A DNA stretch of 64,000 nt from an uncultured bacterium. Its GTDB lineage: Bacteria; Omnitrophota; Omnitrophia; Omnitrophales; Aquincolibacteriaceae. Positions 9,494 through 19,864 of this stretch are shown in pieces. Made by a program: the position numbers and the translations under genes. The stretch's first letter is position 1. Each line of letters begins with the position of its first letter. The DNA is taken from assembly GCA_964385615.1 (NCBI GenBank), contig CAYLPP010000009.1, forward strand, positions 3,854 through 67,853, read 5' to 3'. The notes beneath the pieces were generated by a model that saw only the letters and a program-made list of their open reading frames with translations, ran no database searches and had not been told where the DNA came from.

Positions 9494-10248
9494 AAATTCT
9501 TTCTCTCAATACCTGGCAGGAGCGCGGGCCCTGGCAGGAAAGATGGAAAATTACTTTCCGGTGGCTTGAAGCGCATTCCCCCGACTTTTGCGCTTTTCAG
9601 GAAGTTTTTAAAGAATCCTGGGCGCGGGAGATTCAAAGGAAAACAGGAAATAAGTCCCTGGTGTTTTTTCCGGAGCCTTCCGGGCTGGCGATGGTTTCAC
9701 GGTACCCTGTAAAACGTTCGGAAATTTTAAAGTACCAAACTCAGTCTCCGATCGAAGATTATAAAAGGTTCGCGGTTTTTGCCGAATTTGAAACTCCGGC
9801 AGGAGCGGTGTACGGGTTTAACACGCATTTATCCTGGAAGCCCGCGGACTCAGCAACCCGGGCGGGGCAAATTCGTGAATTAATAGACTGGTCTCGCGAA
9901 AAGGCAAATGGAAATCCGGTTTTTGTAACCGGAGACTTTAACGCGTCACCGGAAACCGCTGAAGTCCGGCAGATGACGGAAGCCGGATTCATGGATACAT
10001 TTACGGCGATGAATCCCGGAAAACCGGGATTAACCTGGGACAATCAGAATCCTTACGCGGCAGGCGCCAGCGTGTTTCTCCCTGACCGCCGGATCGATTA
10101 TGTTTTTACCCGTGATTTTATGAAAATCGCGGACTTGGGCTCTTCGGAAGTTGTCCTGAAGGAGCCGAATGAAAACCGGGTTTTTGCGTCTGATCACTAT
10201 GGTGTTTTGAGCGAATTTAAACTCAGGAGGCAAGATGGACGCGGTTGA
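9490..10248 (+). CDS. Endonuclease/exonuclease/phosphatase (EEP) family protein
   Basis: ILSLNTW N-terminus and C-terminal SDHYGV motif of the EEP fold. 4-nt overlap with plsC. Confidence 0.65.
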   Translation: MKILSLNTWQERGPWQERWKITFRWLEAHSPDFCAFQEVFKESWAREIQRKTGNKSLVFFPEPSGLAMVSRYPVKRSEILKYQTQSPIEDYKRFAVFAEFETPAGAVYGFNTHLSWKPADSATRAGQIRELIDWSREKANGNPVFVTGDFNASPETAEVRQMTEAGFMDTFTAMNPGKPGLTWDNQNPYAAGASVFLPDRRIDYVFTRDFMKIADLGSSEVVLKEPNENRVFASDHYGVLSEFKLRRQDGRG

Positions 10249-11356
10249 ATATTCTCCGGAAAAAGCTAAGACATATCAACGTAAGCGTGAAATCCTGACT
10301 CTCCTGCATCTGGTCATTACGCCGGCATTGCTTGCCCTGGTTATCATGACGGGACTGTCCGCTTGGCTCAAAGAAACAGCTCAGGCGGTTTCTCCGTCGC
10401 CCTTTCTTGTTTTCGCGGTTTATTTTATTTTCTACTCGCTTTTTATGATGCTTGCGGAATTTCCGTTTTCGTTTTACAGCGGTTATGTGGTTGAGAAAAA
10501 ATTTTCACTTTCCAATCAAAGCTTCGCGGGCTGGCTTGGGGTGTACTTAAAAAAAACGGTGCTCTCTTTTGTATTTTCACTTTTTCTGATTGAGGGATTT
10601 TATTTTCTGGTCTGGAATTTCCCCAACCGCTGGTGGCTGGGCGCTTGGGGCGCCTTCGCGCTGATCAGTTATTTCATGGGGAAAATTTTCCCGGTTTTTA
10701 TCGTTCCGATGTTCTACAAATACGGGCTGGTTGAAAACCAGGAAGTCAAAGATCTGATTTTAAAACTTGCGGCGAGGTTTAAGATGCCGCTCTCGCAGGT
10801 TTATTCTCTCAACCTGAGTAAAACCACCAAGAAAGCCAATGCCGCTTTTATGGGGCTCGGCAAAACCCGCCGGGTGGTTTTGAGCGATACTTTGCTCGCG
10901 CATTTCACGCCGGAAGAAATTGAAGCAGTGGTGGGGCACGAGCTGGGGCATTGCGTTCACCAGGATATCTGGAAACAGCTAGCTTTGGGTTTAGTGACGT
11001 CATTTGCCGGATTCTGGCTGGTCTTCAAGATTCTGCCATCGGCCGCTCAGATTTTTGGTTTTTACGGTCCGGGCGATATCGCGAGTCTGCCTCTGTTTTT
11101 TTTAATGTTTTATGTCTTTTATCTGGTTTTGACGCCTCTTCAGAATGCTTTTTCACGGAAGGTGGAAAGGGAAGCGGACCGTTTCGCATTTGAGGCTTGC
11201 GCCAAACCGAAAATTCTCAGAGAGTGCCTGGAGAAGCTGGCGAGAGTCAATCTCTCGGATCCTGATCCCAATCCGGTTTTTGAGTGGTTTTTCTATGACC
11301 ATCCTTCTATCGGCAACCGTGTGCGTCTGATTCAGAAATGGGAGGCCGGGCAATGA
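10235..11356 (+). CDS. M48 family zinc metallopeptidase (Ste24/HtpX-like) integral membrane protein
   Basis: Multiple TM helices and a VVGHELGHCVH (HExxH) motif in the C-terminal half. Confidence 0.75.
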   Translation: MDAVEYSPEKAKTYQRKREILTLLHLVITPALLALVIMTGLSAWLKETAQAVSPSPFLVFAVYFIFYSLFMMLAEFPFSFYSGYVVEKKFSLSNQSFAGWLGVYLKKTVLSFVFSLFLIEGFYFLVWNFPNRWWLGAWGAFALISYFMGKIFPVFIVPMFYKYGLVENQEVKDLILKLAARFKMPLSQVYSLNLSKTTKKANAAFMGLGKTRRVVLSDTLLAHFTPEEIEAVVGHELGHCVHQDIWKQLALGLVTSFAGFWLVFKILPSAAQIFGFYGPGDIASLPLFFLMFYVFYLVLTPLQNAFSRKVEREADRFAFEACAKPKILRECLEKLARVNLSDPDPNPVFEWFFYDHPSIGNRVRLIQKWEAGQ

Positions 11357-12477
11357 CGAAGAACGTTTTCTCCGCTTTTCTCGCGATGGTTCTTTTTATT
11401 CATCCCGTTTGGGCGGGGGAGAAAGAAAAAACCAAAGCGGAAGAAATCATGGAGCGCCGTCAGAAAGTCGAAGTGATGGGGTTTTACCTTAAAGACCCGA
11501 AAGATTCCAAGCTTCCTGAGATTCCCATGTCGATTCAAAATTACAATCAGGCCGTCGAGTTTTTTCAGCATCAGGAATATGACCTGGCCCGCCAGGCGCT
11601 CAACGATGCTTTGAAGCAAGACCCCTCGAACTCATTTGCCTATGAACTTTTAGGGGATGTGGACAATATGCAGGAAAAACTTCAGGACGCGAAAAAGAAT
11701 TATGAAATTGCCTATAACCTGAGTCCCAAGGCTGATCTGAAAGAGAAACTCGAGAAATTAAGCGGGGATCAGAAGCTGTCCAAAAAACTTGCTACCTATA
11801 ATGAAGAGCATTTCGTGATTAAGTATTTCAAGAAATCGGATGAAGACAAAGGTTTCGAGCTCCGTGAACTTCTCCGCGCGACGTACGGGCAGATTTCCAA
11901 GGATTTTGCCTACTACTTCAAGAATCAGGTTGTGGTCCTTCTATATGACGAAGAGGATTTTAAAAAAATATCCGGTCTTCCGCACTGGGCCGGGGGGCTT
12001 TATGACGGAAAAGTCCGGATGCCGATGAACCGGAGCGGTTTCAGCGACCTTGATTTGAAGGCTTTGACCGCGCATGAAGTGACGCACGCGTTTATCGCGG
12101 GGATGTCCGGCTCGCGCGCCCCGGCTTGGATTAATGAAGGGCTGGCGCAGTATGAGGAAAATAAAATCCGCCCTATTGATATGATCGTTTTTGAGGCCGC
12201 GATTACAACCGATAATCTCATGCCCCTTCTGATTTTAATGCGTGAAGACGCGGTGCAAAGTCTGCAGGATTCCCTGCGCGTGAATCTTTTTTATCAGCAG
12301 TCTTTTCATTTAGTGGATTACCTGGTTCAGCGCTATGGGATGTTTATGGTTAAGCAGATGCTCGCGGAGTACGCGAAAGGCAAGGACTCTGAAGAAGTGG
12401 TGCTTGAAAAGCTTAAAATTTCAACGGAACGGCTGGAGAAAGAATGGAAAGCCACGTTTACCAACGATACGCTTTAA
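11353..12477 (+). CDS. Putative secreted metallopeptidase, MA-clan (Peptidase_MA_2-like) with TPR-like N-terminal region
   Basis: Signal-peptide-like N-terminus (MTKNVFSAFLAMVLFIHPVWAGE) after a GGGAGG RBS. HEVTH...EGLAQYEE resembles the HExxH...EGLAxY Peptidase_MA_2 signature. Confidence 0.45.
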   Translation: MTKNVFSAFLAMVLFIHPVWAGEKEKTKAEEIMERRQKVEVMGFYLKDPKDSKLPEIPMSIQNYNQAVEFFQHQEYDLARQALNDALKQDPSNSFAYELLGDVDNMQEKLQDAKKNYEIAYNLSPKADLKEKLEKLSGDQKLSKKLATYNEEHFVIKYFKKSDEDKGFELRELLRATYGQISKDFAYYFKNQVVVLLYDEEDFKKISGLPHWAGGLYDGKVRMPMNRSGFSDLDLKALTAHEVTHAFIAGMSGSRAPAWINEGLAQYEENKIRPIDMIVFEAAITTDNLMPLLILMREDAVQSLQDSLRVNLFYQQSFHLVDYLVQRYGMFMVKQMLAEYAKGKDSEEVVLEKLKISTERLEKEWKATFTNDTL

Positions 12478-13421
12478 AAGATATTTCCCCGGAATTCCCT
12501 TTTGCGTGCCGGTTTCAGGGCGACTTGACCGCGCTTAAGAATTCTTTGTCCCGTCACGGTCAGATCGCTCCGGTGGTGATTCTTGAGGAGACGGGAAAAA
12601 AGCCGGTGCTGATCGCCGGCCACGCGCGTTTTCAGGCCGCGAAGGAACTTGGTTGGAAAGAAATGGATGCCCGAGTGGTCCGGGAAAATAAAAAGCCCGC
12701 CGACTGGTTTTTCTTTTCGGTCCTGACGAACTGGAACCAGAACTGGACCGATCTGGACCGCTGTTTTGTTCTGGACCGCGCTCAGAAAACCGGAATTTCC
12801 GAGAAAGAAATTCTGGAGGAAATGCTTCCGGCTCTGGGACTGGCTTCCGAAAAGAGATATTTAGATGAATCGAAAACGATTATGTCGCTTTGCCCGGAAA
12901 TTCTCCAGGCGGTCGCGCAGTCACGCCTGCCATTTCGGGGAGCGGGGGAACTGGCCGTTTTCGCTCAGGCGGATCAACGGACTTTCGCGGCGCGCCTTGC
13001 CGGTCCGCTCGCGTTAACGAGCAATCAGGTGATGAAGAGCGCTGAATGGCTTTTTGATCTTGCGAAGGCGCGCGGTGAAAAGCTGGAAGTCCTTTTAGCG
13101 TTTCCGGACGTAGAAAGAATCATCAGCCACGAGCGCTGGAACCCCAGGCAGAAAGCCGAGCTTTTTTACCAGTGGCTTCGGGCACAGCGGTTTCCGGAGC
13201 AGGTTCGCCGGGAAGAAGCTTTTGTTTCCGCCGCGGACCGGCTGGCTCAGGAAGCCCGGCAGGAGAAAAGCGAGTTTAGTGTGGAGGCTCCGCCTTTCTT
13301 CGAGGCGGAGGGGATTACCTTCCGTGCCCGGCTTAAAGACCCCGAGTCTCTTGAACGTATTCTGGAGGTTATCCGGAAGAAGAGAAATTTGTTTAACTCG
13401 TTATTTGATATTGTGTTATGA
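12444..13421 (+). CDS. ParB/sulfiredoxin N-terminal-domain protein (ParB-like nuclease domain), function unknown
   Basis: GQIAPVVILEE...LIAGHARFQAAKELGWKEMDARVV matches the ParB N-terminal domain core. No obvious HTH follows. Confidence 0.45.
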   Translation: MESHVYQRYALKDISPEFPFACRFQGDLTALKNSLSRHGQIAPVVILEETGKKPVLIAGHARFQAAKELGWKEMDARVVRENKKPADWFFFSVLTNWNQNWTDLDRCFVLDRAQKTGISEKEILEEMLPALGLASEKRYLDESKTIMSLCPEILQAVAQSRLPFRGAGELAVFAQADQRTFAARLAGPLALTSNQVMKSAEWLFDLAKARGEKLEVLLAFPDVERIISHERWNPRQKAELFYQWLRAQRFPEQVRREEAFVSAADRLAQEARQEKSEFSVEAPPFFEAEGITFRARLKDPESLERILEVIRKKRNLFNSLFDIVL

Positions 13422-13499
13422 TGAACGCTTGATTTTTTCAAGCCTTCGATTCGGGCGCCGGCCTCAGGTCCGGAAAGCCCTTAAATTTTTTTGGAAGAA

Positions 13500-15419
13500 A
13501 TGACAAAAATTTCACGCTTTTCTTTATTTTTGGTTCTTCTGAGCCTATGCAGTGCTTTTTCTGTCCGCGCGGAGGATGTTCAAGTTAATTCCAGCTTGGA
13601 CAAGCGTTCGGTTTCCGTGGGCGAGGAAGTTCATCTGACCATCCGCATTAGCGGAGCGCAGGGAAATATTCAAGCGCCCCGTCTCGCCGCGATTAAGAAC
13701 TTCGACACTTACTACACCGGCCGTGCGTCACACCTGACTTTCATTAATGGAGAATCCAGTTCCAGCGTGGAGTTCAGTTATTCGCTTGTTCCCAGACAGG
13801 CTGGGAAATACACCTTGGCGCCTGTTGAGGTTTTTGTAAATTCTCAAAGATACACAACTCCCGCGGCTGAGATTGAAGTCAGCGGGGGAAATAATTCAGC
13901 GCAAAGCGCTTCGCCCTCTTCTTCCGCTCAGGCTCCTCAAATGGGATGGACTCCGCCTCCGCCTGCCGCTAATGCGCCGGCTGCGCAGGAACCCGCTTTG
14001 GGGTACAGACCCGAAGATGACAATATTTATATTAAAGCATGGGTCGACAAAACCTCCATTTATCCGAATGAGCAGGTGCTTCTCACTTATTCGCTCTACA
14101 CCCGTTATGACACACGTCTGGAAGGTTTTGAAGAAGAGCCCCAGGTCAGCGGTTTCTGGATTGAGGAATTTCCCATGGAGCGCGAAGTACGGCGCGAAAC
14201 TGTGCGCGTGGACGGCAAGCGTTATGTGAAAGCCGACGTCCGGAAAATGGCGCTTTTTCCGACGGCGCCCGCGGAATACACGATTCAGCCCGGCGTCCTG
14301 AAGGCCTCAATTCGTCAGGAAGCCCAGCAGAGCAGTGTCTTTGATGAATTTTTCGACGACAGTTTTTTTTCGGGCGGGAGCTTTTTTGCCCGGCGTGAAA
14401 ACCGTATTTTAAAACCGCCTCCGATTCATATTACGGTTAAGCCTTTTCCGGAAGAAGGAAAGCCTGAAAGTTTTCAGGGCGCGACCGGGAATTTCCGCAT
14501 CTCAGCCGGAATCGATAAAGCCGCCGTGAAGCAGAATGAGCCGGTGACTTTGAAGCTTACGATTGAAGGCGAGGGGAATATCGAAACTTTAAACCGGCCT
14601 AAAACGCCGGAAATTCCGGGCTTCAAAGTTTATGACGCGGACGCGACGTCCCAGCTTTTTAAAACCGGAAACGTCATCGGCGGACGGAAGACCTTTGAAA
14701 TCGTGTATGTGCCGTTGGAAGCTGGAAACCAGAAAATCCCATCGCTGGAGTTCAGTTTTTTCAATCCGATTCAGGCCAAGTACGTTACCCTGCGGACCAA
14801 TGAATTCAATCTGAATGTGGCGCCTTCCGAACAGAAATTCAAATTGCCGGAGGCTCTGACCCGCCAGGAAGTCTTGAAAAAGGAAGTCAAAGTTGAAGAC
14901 CGTGATATCCGCTTTATTCATGAACGGCTTCCGGCCGCAGGAAGCCGGCGCGCGTCTTCCCGGTTTTTTAATTTTCTGGTTGTTGCGGATATTTTCATGA
15001 CCTTGCTGGTCGCTTTTGGGATGATGCGCGACCGCCGTGAAAAGATTTTTGCCCGCGACGTTTCTCTTAAGCGCCGCTCCGCGGCCCGGTCCCGCGCGGA
15101 ATCCCGGATGCGTAAATTGAAAGCGTCGCGCGAAAACCCCGGTGTTTATTTCGAGGAAGTTGAAAAAATCATGACTCAGTATCTCGCGGATAAATTTAAC
15201 ATTTCAGCCTATGGAACGACGCGTTACGATTTGGAGCAAAAGCTTGAAACTTCATTGGGGGCTGAAGATCCGCTTTTGAAAGAAGTCCGTGATCTTTACA
15301 GTTTCTGCGAAGAGGCGAGGTTTGCCCGGGCTGAAGTTCCTGAGCATAACCAGGCGAAAGCGCTTAAAACTCTCCGGGATACGGTCGCCCGCATGGAAAG
15401 GCTGAAGCTTAAGGTATGA
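13500..15419 (+). CDS. batD: BatD-like (aerotolerance operon) membrane protein
   Basis: N-terminal signal peptide, large periplasmic beta-rich region, single C-terminal TM (FLVVADIFMTLLVAFGMM) and a cytoplasmic tail, typical of BatD. ATG at 13500 is preferred over TTG at 13491. Confidence 0.6.
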   Translation: MTKISRFSLFLVLLSLCSAFSVRAEDVQVNSSLDKRSVSVGEEVHLTIRISGAQGNIQAPRLAAIKNFDTYYTGRASHLTFINGESSSSVEFSYSLVPRQAGKYTLAPVEVFVNSQRYTTPAAEIEVSGGNNSAQSASPSSSAQAPQMGWTPPPPAANAPAAQEPALGYRPEDDNIYIKAWVDKTSIYPNEQVLLTYSLYTRYDTRLEGFEEEPQVSGFWIEEFPMEREVRRETVRVDGKRYVKADVRKMALFPTAPAEYTIQPGVLKASIRQEAQQSSVFDEFFDDSFFSGGSFFARRENRILKPPPIHITVKPFPEEGKPESFQGATGNFRISAGIDKAAVKQNEPVTLKLTIEGEGNIETLNRPKTPEIPGFKVYDADATSQLFKTGNVIGGRKTFEIVYVPLEAGNQKIPSLEFSFFNPIQAKYVTLRTNEFNLNVAPSEQKFKLPEALTRQEVLKKEVKVEDRDIRFIHERLPAAGSRRASSRFFNFLVVADIFMTLLVAFGMMRDRREKIFARDVSLKRRSAARSRAESRMRKLKASRENPGVYFEEVEKIMTQYLADKFNISAYGTTRYDLEQKLETSLGAEDPLLKEVRDLYSFCEEARFARAEVPEHNQAKALKTLRDTVARMERLKLKV

Positions 15420-16177
15420 AAAAAATCACGGGGATTCTTTTTTTAGCGGCGGTTTTGTTCGCGCCTTCCGTCTTCGCGATGAACGCGCAGGACGCGGATC
15501 TTTTTCAAAAAGCCAATCAGGCTTACCGGAAGGGTGATTTTAAGAATGCCGGTGACAGCTATGAGCTTTTAGCCGGAAAGTATCCGGATGAATCCGTGTT
15601 TTTTTACAATCTTGGAAATTCTCTCCAGCGGCAGGGGAAAATCGGGCCTACGCTCGTGGCTTACGAGCAGGCGCTGGCGCTTGACCCCAGAAATCAGGAT
15701 ATCCGCGCTAATTTGAAATATACGCGCGGACTGGTTCAGTACCGGGTTGAAGATAAAAGAAACTGGTACCTCAAGGCCGCTCAGGAAGCTCTGGATTATT
15801 TCACGGAAAGAGAAGTGGTTTCCGTGGTTTTACTGACCTATTTTCTTCTTGCGACGAGCTGGGCTTTTGTGCTGTTTTTTAAAAATGGCGCGGAGTGGGG
15901 ATTTAAGCGCCGGATTCTTCTTTTGATTTCAGCTGTTTTCTTTTTAATCGGTCTTGGTAAAAATATCGAGACTCATTTTATCCGTGACGCGATCGTGACG
16001 GCGAACGAAGCCGCGGTGCGCTACGGGCCTTCCGAAGCAGACAAAGTCGCTTTTCGTGTCGGGGAGGGGATTAAGGTTTACGTGGTGGACAAACGCGAAG
16101 AGTGGAGCCGTGTCCTGATGTGCAACGGCGGAAGCGGATGGATTCCCAATACCCAGATTACGGAGATCGCAAAATAA
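15416..16177 (+). CDS. BatE-like protein (TPR repeats + TM + C-terminal SH3b domain)
   Basis: Signal peptide, TPR repeats (YNLGNSLQRQGKIGPTLVAYEQALALDP), TM helices and a C-terminal SH3b-like segment. 4-nt overlap with batD. Confidence 0.55.
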   Translation: MKKITGILFLAAVLFAPSVFAMNAQDADLFQKANQAYRKGDFKNAGDSYELLAGKYPDESVFFYNLGNSLQRQGKIGPTLVAYEQALALDPRNQDIRANLKYTRGLVQYRVEDKRNWYLKAAQEALDYFTEREVVSVVLLTYFLLATSWAFVLFFKNGAEWGFKRRILLLISAVFFLIGLGKNIETHFIRDAIVTANEAAVRYGPSEADKVAFRVGEGIKVYVVDKREEWSRVLMCNGGSGWIPNTQITEIAK

Positions 16178-16186
16178 AGGCAGACT

Positions 16187-17377
16187 ATGAAGAAAAATAA
16201 ATCACTTCCGGATTCCAGCGGTCATTTCGGTCTTTACGGCGGGCGTTATGTTCCAGAGACTTTGATTAAAGCTTTGGACGAATTGACGGCTGCGTACGCC
16301 AAAATCCGCAAAGACAGGAAATTTAAAGAAGAGCTGACGCATTACCTGCGTGATTATGCCGGCCGGCCTACGCCGGTTTACGAAGCGAAGAATCTGACCC
16401 GTCATTTTGGGCGGGCGCGGATTTTTATCAAGCGCGAAGACCTTTGCCATACCGGCGCCCATAAAATCAACAACACACTCGCTCAGGGGCTTTTGGCTAA
16501 ACGGCTTGGAAAACCGCGCATTGTCGCGGAAACCGGCGCCGGACAGCATGGTGTCGCCAGCGCGACGGCAGCCTGTGTTTTTGGGCTGAAATGCACCGTC
16601 TACATGGGGGAAGAAGACATCCGCCGTCAGGCCTTGAACGTTTATAAAATGAAACTGCTCGGAGCTACGGTGGTTCCCGTGACTTCCGGCTCCAGAACTT
16701 TGAAAGACGCGACGAATGAAGCCATCCGTGACTGGGTTACCAATGTTCAGGATACGCACTACTTGATCGGTTCGGCTGTCGGTCCGCATCCTTATCCCAT
16801 GATGGTCCGCGATTTTCAGTCCGTGATCGGGCTGGAGACGCGTGAATATTTTTTAAAAGAGCAGGGCGGACTTCCCGACCGTTTGGTGGCGTGCGTGGGC
16901 GGAGGCAGTAACGCGATCGGATTTTTTCATCCGTTCCTCAAAGATAAAAAAGTTAAAATCACCGGTGTGGAAGCGGCGGGTGAGGGGCTGAACAAAAAAC
17001 ACGCGGCTTCCATGACGAAAGGCCGTCCGGGGATTCTGCACGGCATGAAAAGTTACCTGCTTCAGGATAAAACCGGGCAGGTAGAATTGGCGCATTCCAT
17101 TTCCGCGGGCCTGGATTATCCTTCGGTCGGGCCGGAACATTCTTATCTGAAAGACAGTCACCGCGTGAATTATGAAACCGCGACGGACAAGGACGCGCTG
17201 GAAGGTTTTCAGATGCTGACTCAGCTCGAAGGCATTATGCCCGCGCTTGAGCCGTCTCACGCTCTGGGTTATTTGAAAAAACTTATGCCCAAAACCGCAA
17301 AAAACGAGAAGGTCGTTCTTTGCCTTTCCGGCAGGGGCGATAAGGATATTCATACGGTGCAGGAGAAACTGAAATGA
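16187..17377 (+). CDS. trpB: Tryptophan synthase beta chain
   Basis: [16 protein letters not shown]-terminus, [12 protein letters not shown]-lysine motif and GGGSNAIG motif. Confidence 0.9.
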   Translation: MKKNKSLPDSSGHFGLYGGRYVPETLIKALDELTAAYAKIRKDRKFKEELTHYLRDYAGRPTPVYEAKNLTRHFGRARIFIKREDLCHTGAHKINNTLAQGLLAKRLGKPRIVAETGAGQHGVASATAACVFGLKCTVYMGEEDIRRQALNVYKMKLLGATVVPVTSGSRTLKDATNEAIRDWVTNVQDTHYLIGSAVGPHPYPMMVRDFQSVIGLETREYFLKEQGGLPDRLVACVGGGSNAIGFFHPFLKDKKVKITGVEAAGEGLNKKHAASMTKGRPGILHGMKSYLLQDKTGQVELAHSISAGLDYPSVGPEHSYLKDSHRVNYETATDKDALEGFQMLTQLEGIMPALEPSHALGYLKKLMPKTAKNEKVVLCLSGRGDKDIHTVQEKLK

Positions 17378-18162
17378 GCGGGCATGAACATACCGGAAAT
17401 TGCTGCGGCGGCGGGAAAATTTTCTGCGCGTTTCTGACTTTGGGCTATCCCAGCCTAAAGGCCACTGAAGAATTGATCTTGAAGTTTGAACGCGCGGGCG
17501 TGGACATTATCGAACTGGGGTTCCCGTTTTCAGACCCTCTGGCTGACGGCCCCACGATTCAGTATTCTTCCGAGCGCGCGATTGAAAACGGCGTGAAAAT
17601 CGAAGACGCCTTTAAGATGGTCGCGCGCTTGCGCGCGAGAGGCTGTCAGGTGCCGATTTTGTTTTTCACTTACCTCAACCCGATTTATTACTACGGACTT
17701 AAAGCTTTTGCTGCCGGCGCTTCGAAGGCGGGTTTTGACGGTGTGATTGTTCCGGACCTGCCTCCGGAAGAAGAAAGAGATTTTAATCTTGAATGCCGGA
17801 AAAATAAACTGGCTCAGGTTTACTTAGTGGCACCCACGACCGAACCCAAGCGCGCGGCGATGATTGCCCGTGAATCGCAGGGTTTTATCTATTATGTTTC
17901 GCTTCGCGGGGTCACCGGCGCGCGCAAGAGCGTGGCCGCGGATATTCAAAGAAATATTAAGCAGTTGAAGCGGTTTACCCGAAAACCCATTCTGATTGGT
18001 TTTGGCGTGTCTTCGCCGGAACAGGCCCGTAAACTTTCTTCTTTCAGTGAAGGCGTGATCGTCGGCAGCGCGATTGTTCAGGTCCTGCGCAAGTCCGGAG
18101 GTAAAACCGCTCCCGCAGTCCGCTTTGTCGAGCAGATGGTCCGAGCGGTCAAGGGCCGTTGA
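17374..18162 (+). CDS. trpA: Tryptophan synthase alpha chain
   Basis: [17 protein letters not shown] signature. ATGA overlap with trpB. Confidence 0.85.
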   Translation: MSGHEHTGNCCGGGKIFCAFLTLGYPSLKATEELILKFERAGVDIIELGFPFSDPLADGPTIQYSSERAIENGVKIEDAFKMVARLRARGCQVPILFFTYLNPIYYYGLKAFAAGASKAGFDGVIVPDLPPEEERDFNLECRKNKLAQVYLVAPTTEPKRAAMIARESQGFIYYVSLRGVTGARKSVAADIQRNIKQLKRFTRKPILIGFGVSSPEQARKLSSFSEGVIVGSAIVQVLRKSGGKTAPAVRFVEQMVRAVKGR

Positions 18163-18590
18163 TGCCTTATCTGCTGGGGCTTGATTTCGGTCAGAAAAGA
18201 ATCGGTGTAGCGGTCAGCGATGAATCCGCAAGCATGGCTTTCCCTCACGGTATGATTCCTTTCAACAGCCGTAAGTCGGTTCTGCAGGAAATTCAGAAAA
18301 TTCTAAAAGATTATCCGGCGAAATTGATTGTGGTTGGACTTCCTATGACGCTTAAAGGCGAAATGGGGCCGGCAGCGTTGAAGATTAAGGAACATTTGAA
18401 CTGGTTTGAAGCCGAACTGAAAACTGTATCCTGGGTTCTTTGGGACGAACGGTTAACCACGAAAGAAGTGGAGCGGGTGCTTTTGGCCGCGGATGTCAGC
18501 CGGGATAAGCGTAAAGGGGTGCGTGATCAACTGGCCGCGCAGAGAATTCTGCAGAATTATATCGATTATCAAGGGAATAAGCCCTCATGA
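18159..18590 (+). CDS. ruvX: Putative pre-16S rRNA nuclease / Holliday-junction resolvase-like RuvX (YqgF)
   Basis: LLGLDFGQKRIGVAVSD N-terminus typical of YqgF. Confidence 0.85.
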   Translation: MMPYLLGLDFGQKRIGVAVSDESASMAFPHGMIPFNSRKSVLQEIQKILKDYPAKLIVVGLPMTLKGEMGPAALKIKEHLNWFEAELKTVSWVLWDERLTTKEVERVLLAADVSRDKRKGVRDQLAAQRILQNYIDYQGNKPS

Positions 18591-19864
18591 CCTGTGAAGT
18601 TACTGAATTAAAAAATGGTTTGAAAGCGGTTACGGTGCCTATGAAAGACCGTGAGTCGGCCGCGGTCGCGATTTGGGTCAAGACCGGCGCCCGGCTTGAA
18701 AGCGCGAAGCTTTCCGGGGTTTCTCATATTCTCGAGCATATGCTCTTTAAAGGAACCCGCCGGCGCACGACCCGTCAGATCAAGGAAGAAATTGAGGGGA
18801 AGGGCGGAATGCTGAACGCGTTTACGTCCGAAGAATCGACCTGTTATTTTGCCAAACTTTTGGTGCCCCATGTGCCTCAGGCGCTGGATGTGCTTTCTGA
18901 TATGGTCAATCACGCGCTGATTGAAAAAAGCGAACTCGAAAAAGAACGCACGGTCATTTTGGAAGAAATTAAAATGTACCGGGATCTTCCGTCGCACCAT
19001 GTGCACGATTTGCTCAGTGAACTGATGTGGCCGGATCAGCCGTTAGGCCGTCCGATCGCCGGAACGGCGGAAACCGTTTCCGCCTTGACCCGGCAGGACA
19101 TCGTGGATTATAAGAAACACTTCTACCGGCCCCGGAACCTGGTTGTAACGGTTTCCGGTCCCGTGAAACACCGGGACGTGGTTAAGTTTTGCGAGAAGGC
19201 CTTTGGAAGTCTGGAAGGCGGGCACAGTTCCGGTTTTGAAAAAGCGCGCGTGCATTTTGGCGGGCCTCAGTCGCGGATTCTGGAAAAGCAGAGCGAACAG
19301 ACACATCTGGTGATCGGCTTTCACGGAATTTCACGGTTTCATCATGACCGGTACAAATTGGGCGTGATGAATCTGATTTTGGGCGGAAATATGTCCAGCC
19401 GTCTATTTGAAGAAGTGCGTGAAAAAAGAGGCCTGGCCTATGAAGTTAAATCCGGCTTGAGCCTTTACCATGATACCGGCGCACTGAGTATTTCTGCGGG
19501 CGTGGAAGCTTCAAAAGCTCCCGGCGCGGTGGCGGTCATTCTTAAGGAGCTGAAAAAAATCAGCCGGAACGGCGTGACTGCCGGTGAATTGCGCAGGGCG
19601 AAAGATTTCTTTTTCGGTCAGTTGTGCATGGGGCTGGAAGATACCCTGGACCGCCTGCTGTGGGCGGGTGAAAAAATTCTAGACGGCGGGGAACTGCCGA
19701 ACGCGGAAAAAATTAAAAAAAGCGTCGAAGCGGTTACGCTTGCTGACGTGAGAGCGATGGCCCGGAAAATGTTTCAGCCCGAAGGGATGTATTTATCGCT
19801 GATCGGGCCTGTGGATTCGGGTTTACAGAAAAAAATTAAAACGGAGTTCGAATCGGGTTTATGA
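18587..19864 (+). CDS. M16 family (pitrilysin/insulinase-like) zinc peptidase
   Basis: Inverted zinc-binding motif HILEHMLFKGT (HxxEH) near the N-terminus. Confidence 0.8.
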   Translation: MTCEVTELKNGLKAVTVPMKDRESAAVAIWVKTGARLESAKLSGVSHILEHMLFKGTRRRTTRQIKEEIEGKGGMLNAFTSEESTCYFAKLLVPHVPQALDVLSDMVNHALIEKSELEKERTVILEEIKMYRDLPSHHVHDLLSELMWPDQPLGRPIAGTAETVSALTRQDIVDYKKHFYRPRNLVVTVSGPVKHRDVVKFCEKAFGSLEGGHSSGFEKARVHFGGPQSRILEKQSEQTHLVIGFHGISRFHHDRYKLGVMNLILGGNMSSRLFEEVREKRGLAYEVKSGLSLYHDTGALSISAGVEASKAPGAVAVILKELKKISRNGVTAGELRRAKDFFFGQLCMGLEDTLDRLLWAGEKILDGGELPNAEKIKKSVEAVTLADVRAMARKMFQPEGMYLSLIGPVDSGLQKKIKTEFESGL

